A stretch of 62,463 nt of DNA, filler included, from Stramenopiles sp. TOSAG23-3 (lineage: Eukaryota): NCBI GenBank assembly GCA_900128585.1. It is 13 parts of 13 records of this genome, joined end to end, with 100 filler letters (N's around TTAATTAATTAA, not from the genome) between each part and the next. Parts side by side here need not be neighbours in the genome. Positions count along the whole stretch, not along the records: positions 52,973 to 57,670 come from LT643733.1; positions 57,771 to 62,463 come from LT643734.1; 11 more parts are not named here. One strand, written 5' to 3'. The notes beneath the pieces were generated by a model. That model did no database searches, was not told the origin of the DNA, and saw only the letters and a program-made list of their open reading frames with translations. Shown here in pieces: positions 53,525-62,463 of this stretch. A program made the position numbers and the translations under genes. Position 1 is the stretch's first letter; every line of letters starts with the position of its first letter.

Positions 53525-54337
53525 ATGTCTGACAGTGATGGGGAGAGTCGGTCGAGCAAGCTACGGGCTCGAATGGCACGTAATCGAAAGAGGAAGGAGG
53601 CCATGGCCACAGCGTCTGGATCAGACTCTGCCTCGGAAAACGAAAGCACCGTTGGTCGTAGAGGTGGTAACTTGAAGGCTATGGCTAGTATAAGCGAGAA
53701 CGGGACCTTGTCCAGCACCGGGGGGCGTTCCAGGATGCGGAAGGGAAAGTTAAGGAGCATTCAACGCCGACGCCAAGAAGTCGCGGACAAGCAGCCCGAA
53801 GTCCACATTATTGGTGAAATCGTCGGTGGCACTGGCTTCGAGAACGGGGTCGCTTGCAGCTTCGTCGTTGATTACAACACCGACCACTGGGACCTGCTGG
53901 ATGGGGACGTCCGAGGGAAATCCCACGTCGACTACCCGATGGACGATGGGTTCAGCGTATGGGCGCACCCCATCGACGTCCATTTTTCTTGCCGGAGTCT
54001 CCAGGGTTGGCCACGCATATTGTTCACAGTGTGGCGCTTAGATGAGTTTGGAACGTCAGACTTGGCAGGATATGGCTTCTTGCACGTGCCCACGTCGCCT
54101 GGGTGCCATACGATAGAATGCCCGACCTGGAGGCCAGTCGGAACCGACCGTGAGGAATACTATTCGTTCTTCCTCGGCGGGAACCCCCGCTTGAAGCGGG
54201 AGAACTTCGACGTCTTGTACGCAAAGGCCTGGGAACAGCGTTGCCACTTGACGACCATCGCGTCTGGCAAAGTGCACATACAGTTGGACGTAATTTTAAA
54301 ACATTTCGGAGAAGAAGGTGTGGAATGGTTGCCGTAA
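53525..54337 (+). CDS. B9D2: B9 domain ciliary transition-zone protein, B9D2/MKSR2-like
   Basis: EVHIIGEI.G..GF, WAHPIDVHF...LQGWPRI, GYGFLHVPTSPG.H.IECPTWRP.G, FFLGG.P.L. Confidence 0.88.
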   Translation: MSDSDGESRSSKLRARMARNRKRKEAMATASGSDSASENESTVGRRGGNLKAMASISENGTLSSTGGRSRMRKGKLRSIQRRRQEVADKQPEVHIIGEIVGGTGFENGVACSFVVDYNTDHWDLLDGDVRGKSHVDYPMDDGFSVWAHPIDVHFSCRSLQGWPRILFTVWRLDEFGTSDLAGYGFLHVPTSPGCHTIECPTWRPVGTDREEYYSFFLGGNPRLKRENFDVLYAKAWEQRCHLTTIASGKVHIQLDVILKHFGEEGVEWLP

Positions 54338-54440
54338 GCAGGCGCGAGGGATAGCATTTCAATGCGTGTCTGCGTGGAAACGAATTTATGATATGATACA
54401 AAACAATAATTTTATAACTTTCCTCTTTAAAAAAAAAAAC

Positions 54441-54645
54441 AATAACAGCCAATTTTCTTATTTAAAAAAAAAAATTATATAAAATATAGTAATGTGCTAA
54501 GTTAGGTTTAGGGTTGGAACAGAAATCGTAATTGCTATTAAAGAGAACGTCTTAAAACATAACAATATAAAAAAACAAATTATAAACATAAAACAGAGTA
54601 TATAATTTGTTTTTTTTAGTATGCTTTAAGACTCTCCTTTTTGTT
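54441..54645 (+). repeat. Dispersed AT-rich palindromic element with telomere-like motif, copy B
   Basis: AATAACAGCCAATTTT..GTTAGGTTTAGGGTTGGAACAGAAATCGT..GTCTTAAAACATA..AGTATGCTTTAAGACTCTC (inverted partner). Confidence 0.7.
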
Positions 54646-54727
54646 TTTAAATAAACTTACAGCTTCATTCCCCCCCACAACACACCCGAAACAAACCCAC
54701 GATCGATATGCACAGAAGAATCAGTCT

Positions 54728-56089
54728 TCAATAGATCGACCCATGGCTGCTTGACCTCGACATGCCCCCTCGTTGCCGGTTCCTTCCCTGCCTCCTGGTC
54801 CCAGCGCGGGAATCTATCTTGAAACTATTGCGGAAGAAATTCGGTTCCACTGGTGGCTTGGACCGGTGGCTTTTGCTCAAAATTTTCTTGTTCGTCCTCT
54901 CCCCGAGCTTCTGGAACCAAGGCTTGTCGTGAGCTGAACGGGACCCGTTCTGCCTGATAATTTCCAAAGCAACGGGAAACTGGACGATCCCATTCCCACT
55001 CTTGTCGTACCGCTCGTCGAACAAAGCCTGTATGTCCCCCTGCGTCGCTGGAATTCCCAACCGGTGAAGCACCTTTTTGAAGTGAGAAACCGTGATCCCG
55101 TTGCTCGGACGGCCGAAGATGTCGTATATTTTTCGATATTCGTCCTGGCCTACCCGTGCGTGTCCGATTAGCTTTTCGTACAGCGCCTTTTCAATCTTGA
55201 TCGTATTCATTTTAAAATTTTTCAAGCAAGTTGGGTACTCCGTTTGTTCGAACATTTTCCCTTTGGACTCGTCGTTCCGGGAGGCGCGGTTGTGCAAAAA
55301 CCTTCTCGCGTCTTGCTCTCCACGTTTTTGGTACCAAGGTTTCTCAGGGTAATCCTTCGGCAGCAGGTTGTTTATGAATTCGTAAAAATCCAAGCGCCCG
55401 TTTCCGTCGGAGTCGTACCGTCGGAACAGGGCCCGGCAGTCATCGTTCGTTGCAGGGATGCCAAGCTGCCTGACTTGGTGCTTGAAGTGCTCCATCGTTA
55501 TCCCGTCCTGGGGCCTGCCAAACATGTAGTACGCATGCCTCAGCACGTCGGTCGCCTTCTTGGTCCCCGCGACGATCTTGTCCTGCAAGATTTTTTCCAT
55601 TTCTTCCACCGTGATTGGTTTCACGCACTTGCGCAAATTTTTTGGGTACCGTACCCCCTGAAACTGGCGGTCTTGGTACTGTTTTAGGGCGTTCTTTCGC
55701 GCTTCTGCCTTTCCACGGCGAGCTCGGTCGGCTTGCACAATCCATGTGCTGCCGTCATAGTCCTTCGGTAGCAAATTTCGCATCAGCTCGTAGATGTCCA
55801 TCCTACCATTCCCGTCCTCGTCGTACGATCTAAACACCCTTTCGGCATCGTCCACGGACAGCACGATCCCTTGCTTTGCGATTGCGTGCCGAAACTGCGA
55901 CGGGGAAATTCCGTCTTTATTCCGTCCAAATATAGAGAATGCCCCTCTAATCTCATCGGCCCCATTAATTTTGCCGATAATTTTGTCCTGGATGATTCTC
56001 CGCAGATGATTGATGCTTAGCCCCTGCGTCCCAATCGTATGTGAGGGTCTCTTTACCGGGGATGTCCTTATGGAGCCTCTCGATGACAT
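54728..56089 (-). CDS. EF-hand protein with three internal repeats
   Basis: YDEDGNGRMD, YDSDGNGRLD and YDKSGNGIVQ; repeated QDKI..FGRP.DGIT..LGI..LLPKDY..PW. Confidence 0.85.
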   Translation of the reverse strand: MSSRGSIRTSPVKRPSHTIGTQGLSINHLRRIIQDKIIGKINGADEIRGAFSIFGRNKDGISPSQFRHAIAKQGIVLSVDDAERVFRSYDEDGNGRMDIYELMRNLLPKDYDGSTWIVQADRARRGKAEARKNALKQYQDRQFQGVRYPKNLRKCVKPITVEEMEKILQDKIVAGTKKATDVLRHAYYMFGRPQDGITMEHFKHQVRQLGIPATNDDCRALFRRYDSDGNGRLDFYEFINNLLPKDYPEKPWYQKRGEQDARRFLHNRASRNDESKGKMFEQTEYPTCLKNFKMNTIKIEKALYEKLIGHARVGQDEYRKIYDIFGRPSNGITVSHFKKVLHRLGIPATQGDIQALFDERYDKSGNGIVQFPVALEIIRQNGSRSAHDKPWFQKLGERTNKKILSKSHRSKPPVEPNFFRNSFKIDSRAGTRRQGRNRQRGGMSRSSSHGSIY

Positions 56090-56644
56090 GTTTGTACAAC
56101 AACCACAGCAACGTATTTCAAGACTTTTTCTTCCTCAAAATCGTTGTTGTCTGCAAACAAAGCGACCAACACCGTTCATGTTTCCCTTTTCCACCACGTG
56201 GAATTATAAAACGATCGTCTTCTACAATTAACCGTCGATATATTTGCTGTTAAGCAAGAGACTTCAACGTATGAAGAAGATGATTCATTCAAAACACCAA
56301 TCATTATTAGTATTATAATAACGATATGATGATGTATTTAGTAGGATAAAATAATAAAAAACGGATAAAAATAATAATAAAAAAGAAATGTACTTAATAT
56401 ATAATATAAAATACAAAATTATATAGGAAACATAGTATATAGTATAATTATTATGATAGGAATTTATATAAATTAGACTATTATTACCATGTTTAACTAC
56501 TACTATTGTTTTTTCTTATGCGTACCTCTTTTTTCTTTCTTTCTTTCGTTCTTCTTCCTTATTTATCAGAATTTTGGGTTTTGGGCCTCCTGAAGAGGAG
56601 TCGTCTGTTTCTTTCATACTCTTTTTAACAACATTTGTTTTGTT

Positions 56645-57259
56645 TTACACGAACAAGATGTAGACCAAAGCAGCTGGAATCAGCAGGAACGGTAGTTTCC
56701 CGTAAGGACGGACTTGAAGGTTCATTTTGTAATCGACTTCCATGAAATAAAAGTGGGCTACGGAGGCAAACAGCAAGCAGGCGGCGACGGAGACCAGTTT
56801 CTCCGCGTACAAGTAATAGATGAGCGAAACAATCCCAATTGCACCAAAAATATTGCTTATCTTTTTAACACCGACTGCGTTTACTTTTGCTGATTTAGAC
56901 CCGAGGTCCGACGCCGTTGACAAGAACGTCGTAAAGTATGGAATGCGCCCGTTGTCCCCATAGTATTTGTACGTGGAGTACAGCGAGTGAACAACTTGAG
57001 AGTAAAAGCCGACGAGCAAGAGCTCCGTCTTGATCTCTGCAAACATTCCCAAAGGGAGAAAGCCAAAGGCAATCAGCGTTATTCCTGCCAACGCGACGAC
57101 TTTATTTACTTCAATAAGGGTGTGGTCAAAACTTTTTTTAACAAGGAAGACATCTCCCAGTTTACTAAAGATTAAGCGCTGCTCCGTCTTATCATACGCA
57201 GTGTACAGCAGAAAGTTCAGCAGGTATACCACGGCGGTTACGGTGGAGGCCGAAAACAT
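56645..57259 (-). CDS. Small multi-pass membrane protein, unknown function
   Basis: 204-aa ORF with about 6 hydrophobic helices; HFYFMEVDYKMNLQVRPYG segment looks conserved. Confidence 0.75.
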   Translation of the reverse strand: MFSASTVTAVVYLLNFLLYTAYDKTEQRLIFSKLGDVFLVKKSFDHTLIEVNKVVALAGITLIAFGFLPLGMFAEIKTELLLVGFYSQVVHSLYSTYKYYGDNGRIPYFTTFLSTASDLGSKSAKVNAVGVKKISNIFGAIGIVSLIYYLYAEKLVSVAACLLFASVAHFYFMEVDYKMNLQVRPYGKLPFLLIPAALVYILFV

Positions 57260-57594
57260 TATATGCTTTTGAACAATAAACCAAATGAAGACTGGACGCC
57301 TAATTTAGCAATTAAACGTTCGTGTAATGTGTTCTTCGTTCTACCAAGAATCATTCCTCTCTTGGTGGGAACATAAAGTTTTGCTATGCATTCGAGGGAC
57401 ATCCTTTCCGACAAATTAATTATTTGAGGTTGGTTGTGGGGGCGCTGGCGCTGGCTATTGTTGATTGAAACAAACAACGAACAACGAAGATTCAAAATAA
57501 TAAAATATGAAACGAAGAAATAAAAGGAGGAACGAAGAAAGAAGCAGCAAGCAGCATTGTTGTTGAAATTAATACATAATATAATAATTATAAA

Positions 57595-57596
57595 TA

Positions 57597-57668
<72 letters not shown>

Positions 57669-57670
57669 AA
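57595..57670. repeat. (GAAA)n microsatellite at contig end
   Basis: Perfect aaag run. Confidence 0.95.
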
Positions 57671-58118
57671 NNNNNNNNNNNNNNNNNNNNNNNNNNNNNN
57701 NNNNNNNNNNNNNNTTAATTAATTAANNNNNNNNNNNNNNNNNNNNNNNNNNNNNNNNNNNNNNNNNNNNTAGCACTTTCTCCAAAAAAAGTTAGTCGGT
57801 GCTCTGTGCCTGGACATTTGCGCCTAGTGAAAAAGTACAGGCAATAGCATACCACCACTTCACCGATTTTCGGATCTAATTATTTATTTTAGGCTTATTA
57901 TTATAAGAAGAAAAAAAAAAAAAAAAGAAGAAGAAATAAGAAGAAGAAGGAAAAAAAAGAAGAAGAGGACAAGAATTGTTATATTTTATTTTCCAAAATG
58001 CATACGCGTATGTATTAAATAAAGTTGCACTTTCTTTACTTTTTAATCAAATTTTGTGCATTAGATTTCATTTGTTTCCTGGGTTCTTTTGCCTTAATTT
58101 AAACTTGTAGGGGGGGAA

Positions 58119-58595
58119 ATGGCGAAAGAAGACGACAAGCCTCACACGAAAGGGGCGGACGCCGACGCGGTCGACCTGTACCGAGACACGCCCGTGCGGT
58201 ACCTTGGGTACGCGAACGAGCTTGGGGAAGCGTTCCGGCCGATTGTACCAAAGTTGCTGGTCCCATCCTACTGCGTGTCGTTTGGTTATGTGTTTGCAGA
58301 TACAATAGACAAGGCAAAGAAAGCTAATAATTCAGGGAAGAGTAGTGGGGAAGTTACAAAAGCAGCAGCAGATACATTACTTTGGCAGTCGTTTGCCAGT
58401 GTCATTATTCCTGGGTTCGTTATTCATAAGGTCGTCGACGCCGTCAAGTGGACGGGGGAAAAGGCCAAATTTTCGCCCGCCTTAAGGCGTTGGGCGCCTA
58501 CTGCGATAGGGCTCTCCGCAATACCGTTTATTATCCACCCGATAGACCATTTTGTAGATTATGCAATGGATAACACAGTACGAAAAATGTGGTGA
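58119..58595 (+). CDS. MTFP1: Mitochondrial fission process protein 1 (MTP18)
   Basis: DLYRDTPVRYLGYANELGEAFRP, DTLLWQSFASVIIPGF, WAPTAIGL..IPFIIHPID. Confidence 0.93.
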   Translation: MAKEDDKPHTKGADADAVDLYRDTPVRYLGYANELGEAFRPIVPKLLVPSYCVSFGYVFADTIDKAKKANNSGKSSGEVTKAAADTLLWQSFASVIIPGFVIHKVVDAVKWTGEKAKFSPALRRWAPTAIGLSAIPFIIHPIDHFVDYAMDNTVRKMW

Positions 58596-58786
58596 ACCAC
58601 CGCAAGGTACCGGCGGCCGAAACTGTTCGCAAACATTTTGTTATATCATAAGTATTAAAAAATATCAAGTTTTAGTGTGTACACTTCGTACGACACAATA
58701 TACAAGAATGTATGGGTACCTATATACCACTCGAATTTTTCTATGACAATATGATACAAATTATACTGGCACCTCCCTGGGCATGC

Positions 58787-61700
58787 TTACTTCAACCCGT
58801 ACGTCTTGCCCAAAGAGTCTCGCGCAAGCTGGGACCGCTGTTGGGTGGTTGGATCGCCGTCCCCACTCAAAAGTCGAGCAATATCGCGAATTTGATCAGA
58901 CGGTTGCTTGAACAGGGCAGCTGCCTCTGCGTCCTTGCCTGCCCTTTTTGCGATCGTTAAGATGCACTTTGCAACCTCGCTGCGAACTTGGTGGTACTTT
59001 ACGTCTTTGGCTCCGACGTTTAGAATCTCGATTGAAGTGCTGAGGAAATGGCTGTTCGAAACGTCGCTCAAGACCTTCTCCAGCATCATGGTAACGGTGG
59101 ACACGATGGCGACGCGAACGCGCCACAGGGCCGCCTTCATGCTAGTTCCAAGCAAGTCAATCAACGGCCCGATCGTCTCTTTCTGGGTTTGAGAAGAACA
59201 CTTTGGCCAACATCGCCCCAAGCACTCTATCGCACGGGCACGCAAGAGGGGCTCGTCTTTTCTTGCCCTCTCCTCAATCTCCAGCACAACCTTTGACACG
59301 CTGGCATAGTAGTCGCTGTCGGCCAAAGTTTCTACCAGACGGCCGAGGGAGTCCACACAGTCTCGAACGTACGAATCGTCAACTTCTCGTTTGCACTCGC
59401 GAAGCATCAATTCGATTAAACGACCGTTGTGCTCTGAGTTCGTGGTCTCCGAAGATTTTACAACTGCCACCACCGAGCGGAGAACGGCCTCTTTCCCGGC
59501 CCAGTACCTCCCCGACATTACTTTGGTCAGCGTCTCCACGATTCGCGGCATTTCGCCGGTGGAGGCGTCTCCCGCCACTCCAATGGCCTCTGTTAACGCC
59601 TCCGCTCCTTGCCGGCGGATTTCGTAGGAAGATGCGTCAAGACATTCTAGCATAAGATTAGTAATCCCTTTAATGTGCGCCTTAACACCCGCTGCAGTTG
59701 TCGATGTAAGCGCTTCCCACACCTCCACCCACACCCGCTTCACCTGGTTGTTCTTGCTAAACTTGGCCATAAACGTCAGCGGTATCAGCTCGCCCAGGCG
59801 TTTCTTCAGTTTAGACGGTGCAGCGTTTGCGAGTGCCAGCAAGACCATACCGCTGGTGTGGCGCACTTTATCCCCCGAATCGCTCGGGTCCGCGGTTTTG
59901 TACTGGTCTGTAATTCTCACGAGCAGTTTTCGGACTGAAGACGACTTTGACAATTTGGCGACCTGGGCTATGGCTTTGCTGTAGGCTCGGCGGACCGTCG
60001 CACTCCGGTCGTTCAGTCCCCCGGCCAACGGGTTCAGCAACGGCGAGGCGTAAGGCTTAAATTTCTTTGGTTTTTGAACGGCAAGGTCTGTGATAAAATT
60101 CGCGGTTCCGTTTCGAGTCGCCAACCCTGTCCCATTGCGTATGAGCTGCGCCAGGGAAGGAACGAGCTTCTCGATCCCCGATTTTTTTACGTACTGCAGG
60201 CACAGTTGCAGGGACTCTGCGAAAGGCCCGCTCTGGGCCACCTGCAGGCGCAGCTCTTCCAGCCTCTCCGCAGAGATGTTCATTTTGTCGGTATGAAACT
60301 GCAAATAGACCAGGTCCTGCGATTCCATAGCAGACAGGTACTCCAACAGCACTGGTGCGATAACGGGCACGTGCACGGTGAGCAAATTCCCCGCCCCTCG
60401 GACGATTTTGATCAAAAAATGCATACTTAGGGCACGCGTAGACTTGCAAGCATCAACAACACCTTTCTCAATAAAGAACGGCAGGAGCGTTGCAAAACAT
60501 TTTTCCGCCTGGGGCTTCAGGGTCTGCTTCGGATCGCAGAGCCTGACCGTCAACTTTCCCAGCGACTTCACCAACTTGACGGCCGCCACGGCAACGGTCT
60601 CCTTGATATCGTCCGCAACCTTCATCGCACTCTCCCACAGGGTGTCCAGGTAGGGCAGCACTTCCACTGCTTTTCGCCCGATACTGAGCAAATCGTTCAG
60701 TGCCTCGCACGCGGCTTCACGCTCCCTCCACTGCGGGTCCGCCAGGGCGGGCAAGGTAAGGGTGATGATTTTGCCAAAATACTTGTCGATTGTTTTCTTC
60801 GACTTTTTCCCGACAAGGGATTCCCAAAGGCGGTGCATAGCGATTCGAGTCTTGGGGTCGGGGGAGAAACGACTGCGGTACAGCCTGGGAACGATGGCCC
60901 CAAGCTGCTGCCGAAGGGCCTCCATGCCCGCCTCCCCTGCAAGTTCTGCAATGCCAAACGACGCACCCCTGCGAGAATTCCATTGCGCATGCTCTGAGGA
61001 CAAGGAAAGGAATTTATAGATCAGCGACGGGTCGCCCATGTCCGTTGCGGCCGCGCACATTTGCTTGTAGCTCTGGGAGCCAGCCGCAGAAAGTGCCGCG
61101 CCAGCCGGTCCCCCTTCACCGTATATGTCCACGGAAGCGCCTTCAACTTGCTGGCGCTTTCCCGTCGAAAACGAGCGAACCAACGATGCCAAAAGCTTTT
61201 TCCTCTGCTTTTCGTCCGCAATTTCATGGATTAAAGAGAGTCCTTTCCCGCCTAACTCTTGCAAAAACTGGCTGCGTTCGCCGAGCAGCAGTGTAAAGGC
61301 GGCTTGCAAGTCCCACAGCCGTTCGCGAAACAAGGAGCACTTTGAACCAGCAAATTTCACCAACGAAAGCAACCAAATTGCGGCCGCCGACCTCACCGAG
61401 GGGCGCGCATCTTTCAACTCCGTCAGCGTGCTCTGCAATATTTGCCCCATGGTCGCCATGCCCTCTTTCTTTACCTCGTCCGACGCGATGTCTGTTGCCG
61501 CTAAGTCTGCGACCCCAATGCGGGCAAACGTCTCTCCAACTGCGAACTGAATCTCTTCGTATTTGATGAGATGCATTTTTAGCAGGCCCTCGATCGCCAT
61601 CTCCCGTGCCTTCCCTTTCTGTGTTTCGCAAATGTTCCCAACGGCAACGACGGCGCGCTCGATTAGTTTGTTTGCCTCTTCGGATTTGGTTTTGGTGATC

Positions 61701-62463
61701 TGGAGCAGCGCCGTGACGCCATTCAGCGATTCCTCTTCTACCAGCCGCCCAGCTTTCCCCATCCCGCCCACCGCGTTGCAAGCGGCAATCATGACCGGCA
61801 TTGGGCTCTTCTTGCTCTCGTTTTTCAATGTAGACAAGATGCACTTGACGATGCGCTCCCGCGGGCAGGAGGACTCGGCCGTTGTGCCGATCACGATGCT
61901 CCCCAGGGCCGATATAGAACCGTGCTTCGCCGTTTGCTTGCTAGCAGAATCATCGACTGCCCGCTCAAGCAAATACTCGACCAGCTGCTCCATCGACTCG
62001 GCCGGTATGAATTTTACTGTAAGTTTCAAAACCCTCGCAGCTGCGGTGCGAAGGTCTTCGTTTGTGTTGGACAGCCATGACTTTAAGCGACGTATCGAAG
62101 CGTCGTCGGAGAAACTCGGCCCAACCATTTCTGGGACTACCTCTGCAAGGTCGCCCACGCAAAGTGCGGCCTGGCAAAACAGCTCTGACGCCCCTGCTGC
62201 CGCCGGGTCGCTTTCCAGGCCAAAATTCAAACTGCTCGCGTACGCGGTGACGGCCTGTTTCAAGTCCTCGTTCTTTTCCACCTTGCCGTCCGTGGTTTTT
62301 AGGTAGCCTTGAAAGCATTTACCAATGTACTTGAAACTTTGGGACATTTCCAGCGCCCTGAGCTGCCGCAGTCGGTCCTTGCTCTCCAGGTACCCCACAA
62401 GTTTGCAGAAATCCGCCATCTGGCCGGAGCTCGAGTCCTCTTCGGAACCGTGCCCTTCTCCCT
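58787..62463 (-). CDS. ECM29: Proteasome adaptor ECM29 (HEAT repeats), 5'-partial
   Basis: SYKQMC..A..MGDPSLIYKFL, WNSRRGASFG, PRLYRSRFSPDP, WREREAAC.AL.DL, DDIKETV, GRYWAGKE. Confidence 0.9.
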   Translation of the reverse strand, partial: GEGHGSEEDSSSGQMADFCKLVGYLESKDRLRQLRALEMSQSFKYIGKCFQGYLKTTDGKVEKNEDLKQAVTAYASSLNFGLESDPAAAGASELFCQAALCVGDLAEVVPEMVGPSFSDDASIRRLKSWLSNTNEDLRTAAARVLKLTVKFIPAESMEQLVEYLLERAVDDSASKQTAKHGSISALGSIVIGTTAESSCPRERIVKCILSTLKNESKKSPMPVMIAACNAVGGMGKAGRLVEEESLNGVTALLQITKTKSEEANKLIERAVVAVGNICETQKGKAREMAIEGLLKMHLIKYEEIQFAVGETFARIGVADLAATDIASDEVKKEGMATMGQILQSTLTELKDARPSVRSAAAIWLLSLVKFAGSKCSLFRERLWDLQAAFTLLLGERSQFLQELGGKGLSLIHEIADEKQRKKLLASLVRSFSTGKRQQVEGASVDIYGEGGPAGAALSAAGSQSYKQMCAAATDMGDPSLIYKFLSLSSEHAQWNSRRGASFGIAELAGEAGMEALRQQLGAIVPRLYRSRFSPDPKTRIAMHRLWESLVGKKSKKTIDKYFGKIITLTLPALADPQWREREAACEALNDLLSIGRKAVEVLPYLDTLWESAMKVADDIKETVAVAAVKLVKSLGKLTVRLCDPKQTLKPQAEKCFATLLPFFIEKGVVDACKSTRALSMHFLIKIVRGAGNLLTVHVPVIAPVLLEYLSAMESQDLVYLQFHTDKMNISAERLEELRLQVAQSGPFAESLQLCLQYVKKSGIEKLVPSLAQLIRNGTGLATRNGTANFITDLAVQKPKKFKPYASPLLNPLAGGLNDRSATVRRAYSKAIAQVAKLSKSSSVRKLLVRITDQYKTADPSDSGDKVRHTSGMVLLALANAAPSKLKKRLGELIPLTFMAKFSKNNQVKRVWVEVWEALTSTTAAGVKAHIKGITNLMLECLDASSYEIRRQGAEALTEAIGVAGDASTGEMPRIVETLTKVMSGRYWAGKEAVLRSVVAVVKSSETTNSEHNGRLIELMLRECKREVDDSYVRDCVDSLGRLVETLADSDYYASVSKVVLEIEERARKDEPLLRARAIECLGRCWPKCSSQTQKETIGPLIDLLGTSMKAALWRVRVAIVSTVTMMLEKVLSDVSNSHFLSTSIEILNVGAKDVKYHQVRSEVAKCILTIAKRAGKDAEAAALFKQPSDQIRDIARLLSGDGDPTTQQRSQLARDSLGKTYGLK

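Noticed and set aside
54501-54515. True telomere
   Set aside because: Only about two degenerate units, internal and between genes.
1-62463. tRNA or rRNA genes and transposase or reverse transcriptase ORFs
   Set aside because: None recognised by eye. tRNAscan-SE, Infernal and a repeat-protein search would be needed to exclude them.

Overview
This window is not one locus. It is 13 unrelated contigs of about 4.7 kb, sorted by decreasing length (4732 to 4693 bp) and joined by an artificial 100-bp linker (44 N + TTAATTAATTAA + 44 N). Gene neighbourhood across linkers therefore means nothing. The content is eukaryotic: long, apparently intron-free ORFs in the standard code, AT-rich intergenic DNA and microsatellites. 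The gene set suggests a flagellated protist, probably a stramenopile or oomycete relative (inference). Recognisable genes are a CNG/HCN-type channel, a partial Cav/Nav-type channel, a Bfr1-like protein, a CAMK-type kinase, RAD54B, PLOD-like 2OG-Fe(II) oxygenases, a TRPC4AP-like protein, a 7-module recoverin-like EF-hand protein, aminopeptidase N, a GRIP golgin, betaine lipid synthase BTA1, a DDHD phospholipase, B9D2, MTFP1 and ECM29. The most striking item is an NLR-like ORF (38556-41634, minus strand). It joins a basic, NLS-bearing N-terminal domain, a peptidase S74 autocleavage domain and a hydrophobic helix (a MYRF-like front end) to an NB-ARC NTPase with an inserted SAM-like domain and TPRs. 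Also notable are a surface protein with 18 DUF285/BspA-type 75-bp repeats (fixed scaffold, hypervariable positions), a dispersed palindromic element with a telomere-like motif on three contigs, a 50-bp inverted repeat and a diverged intergenic tandem duplication. All domain calls are from motif recognition by eye; no searches were run.
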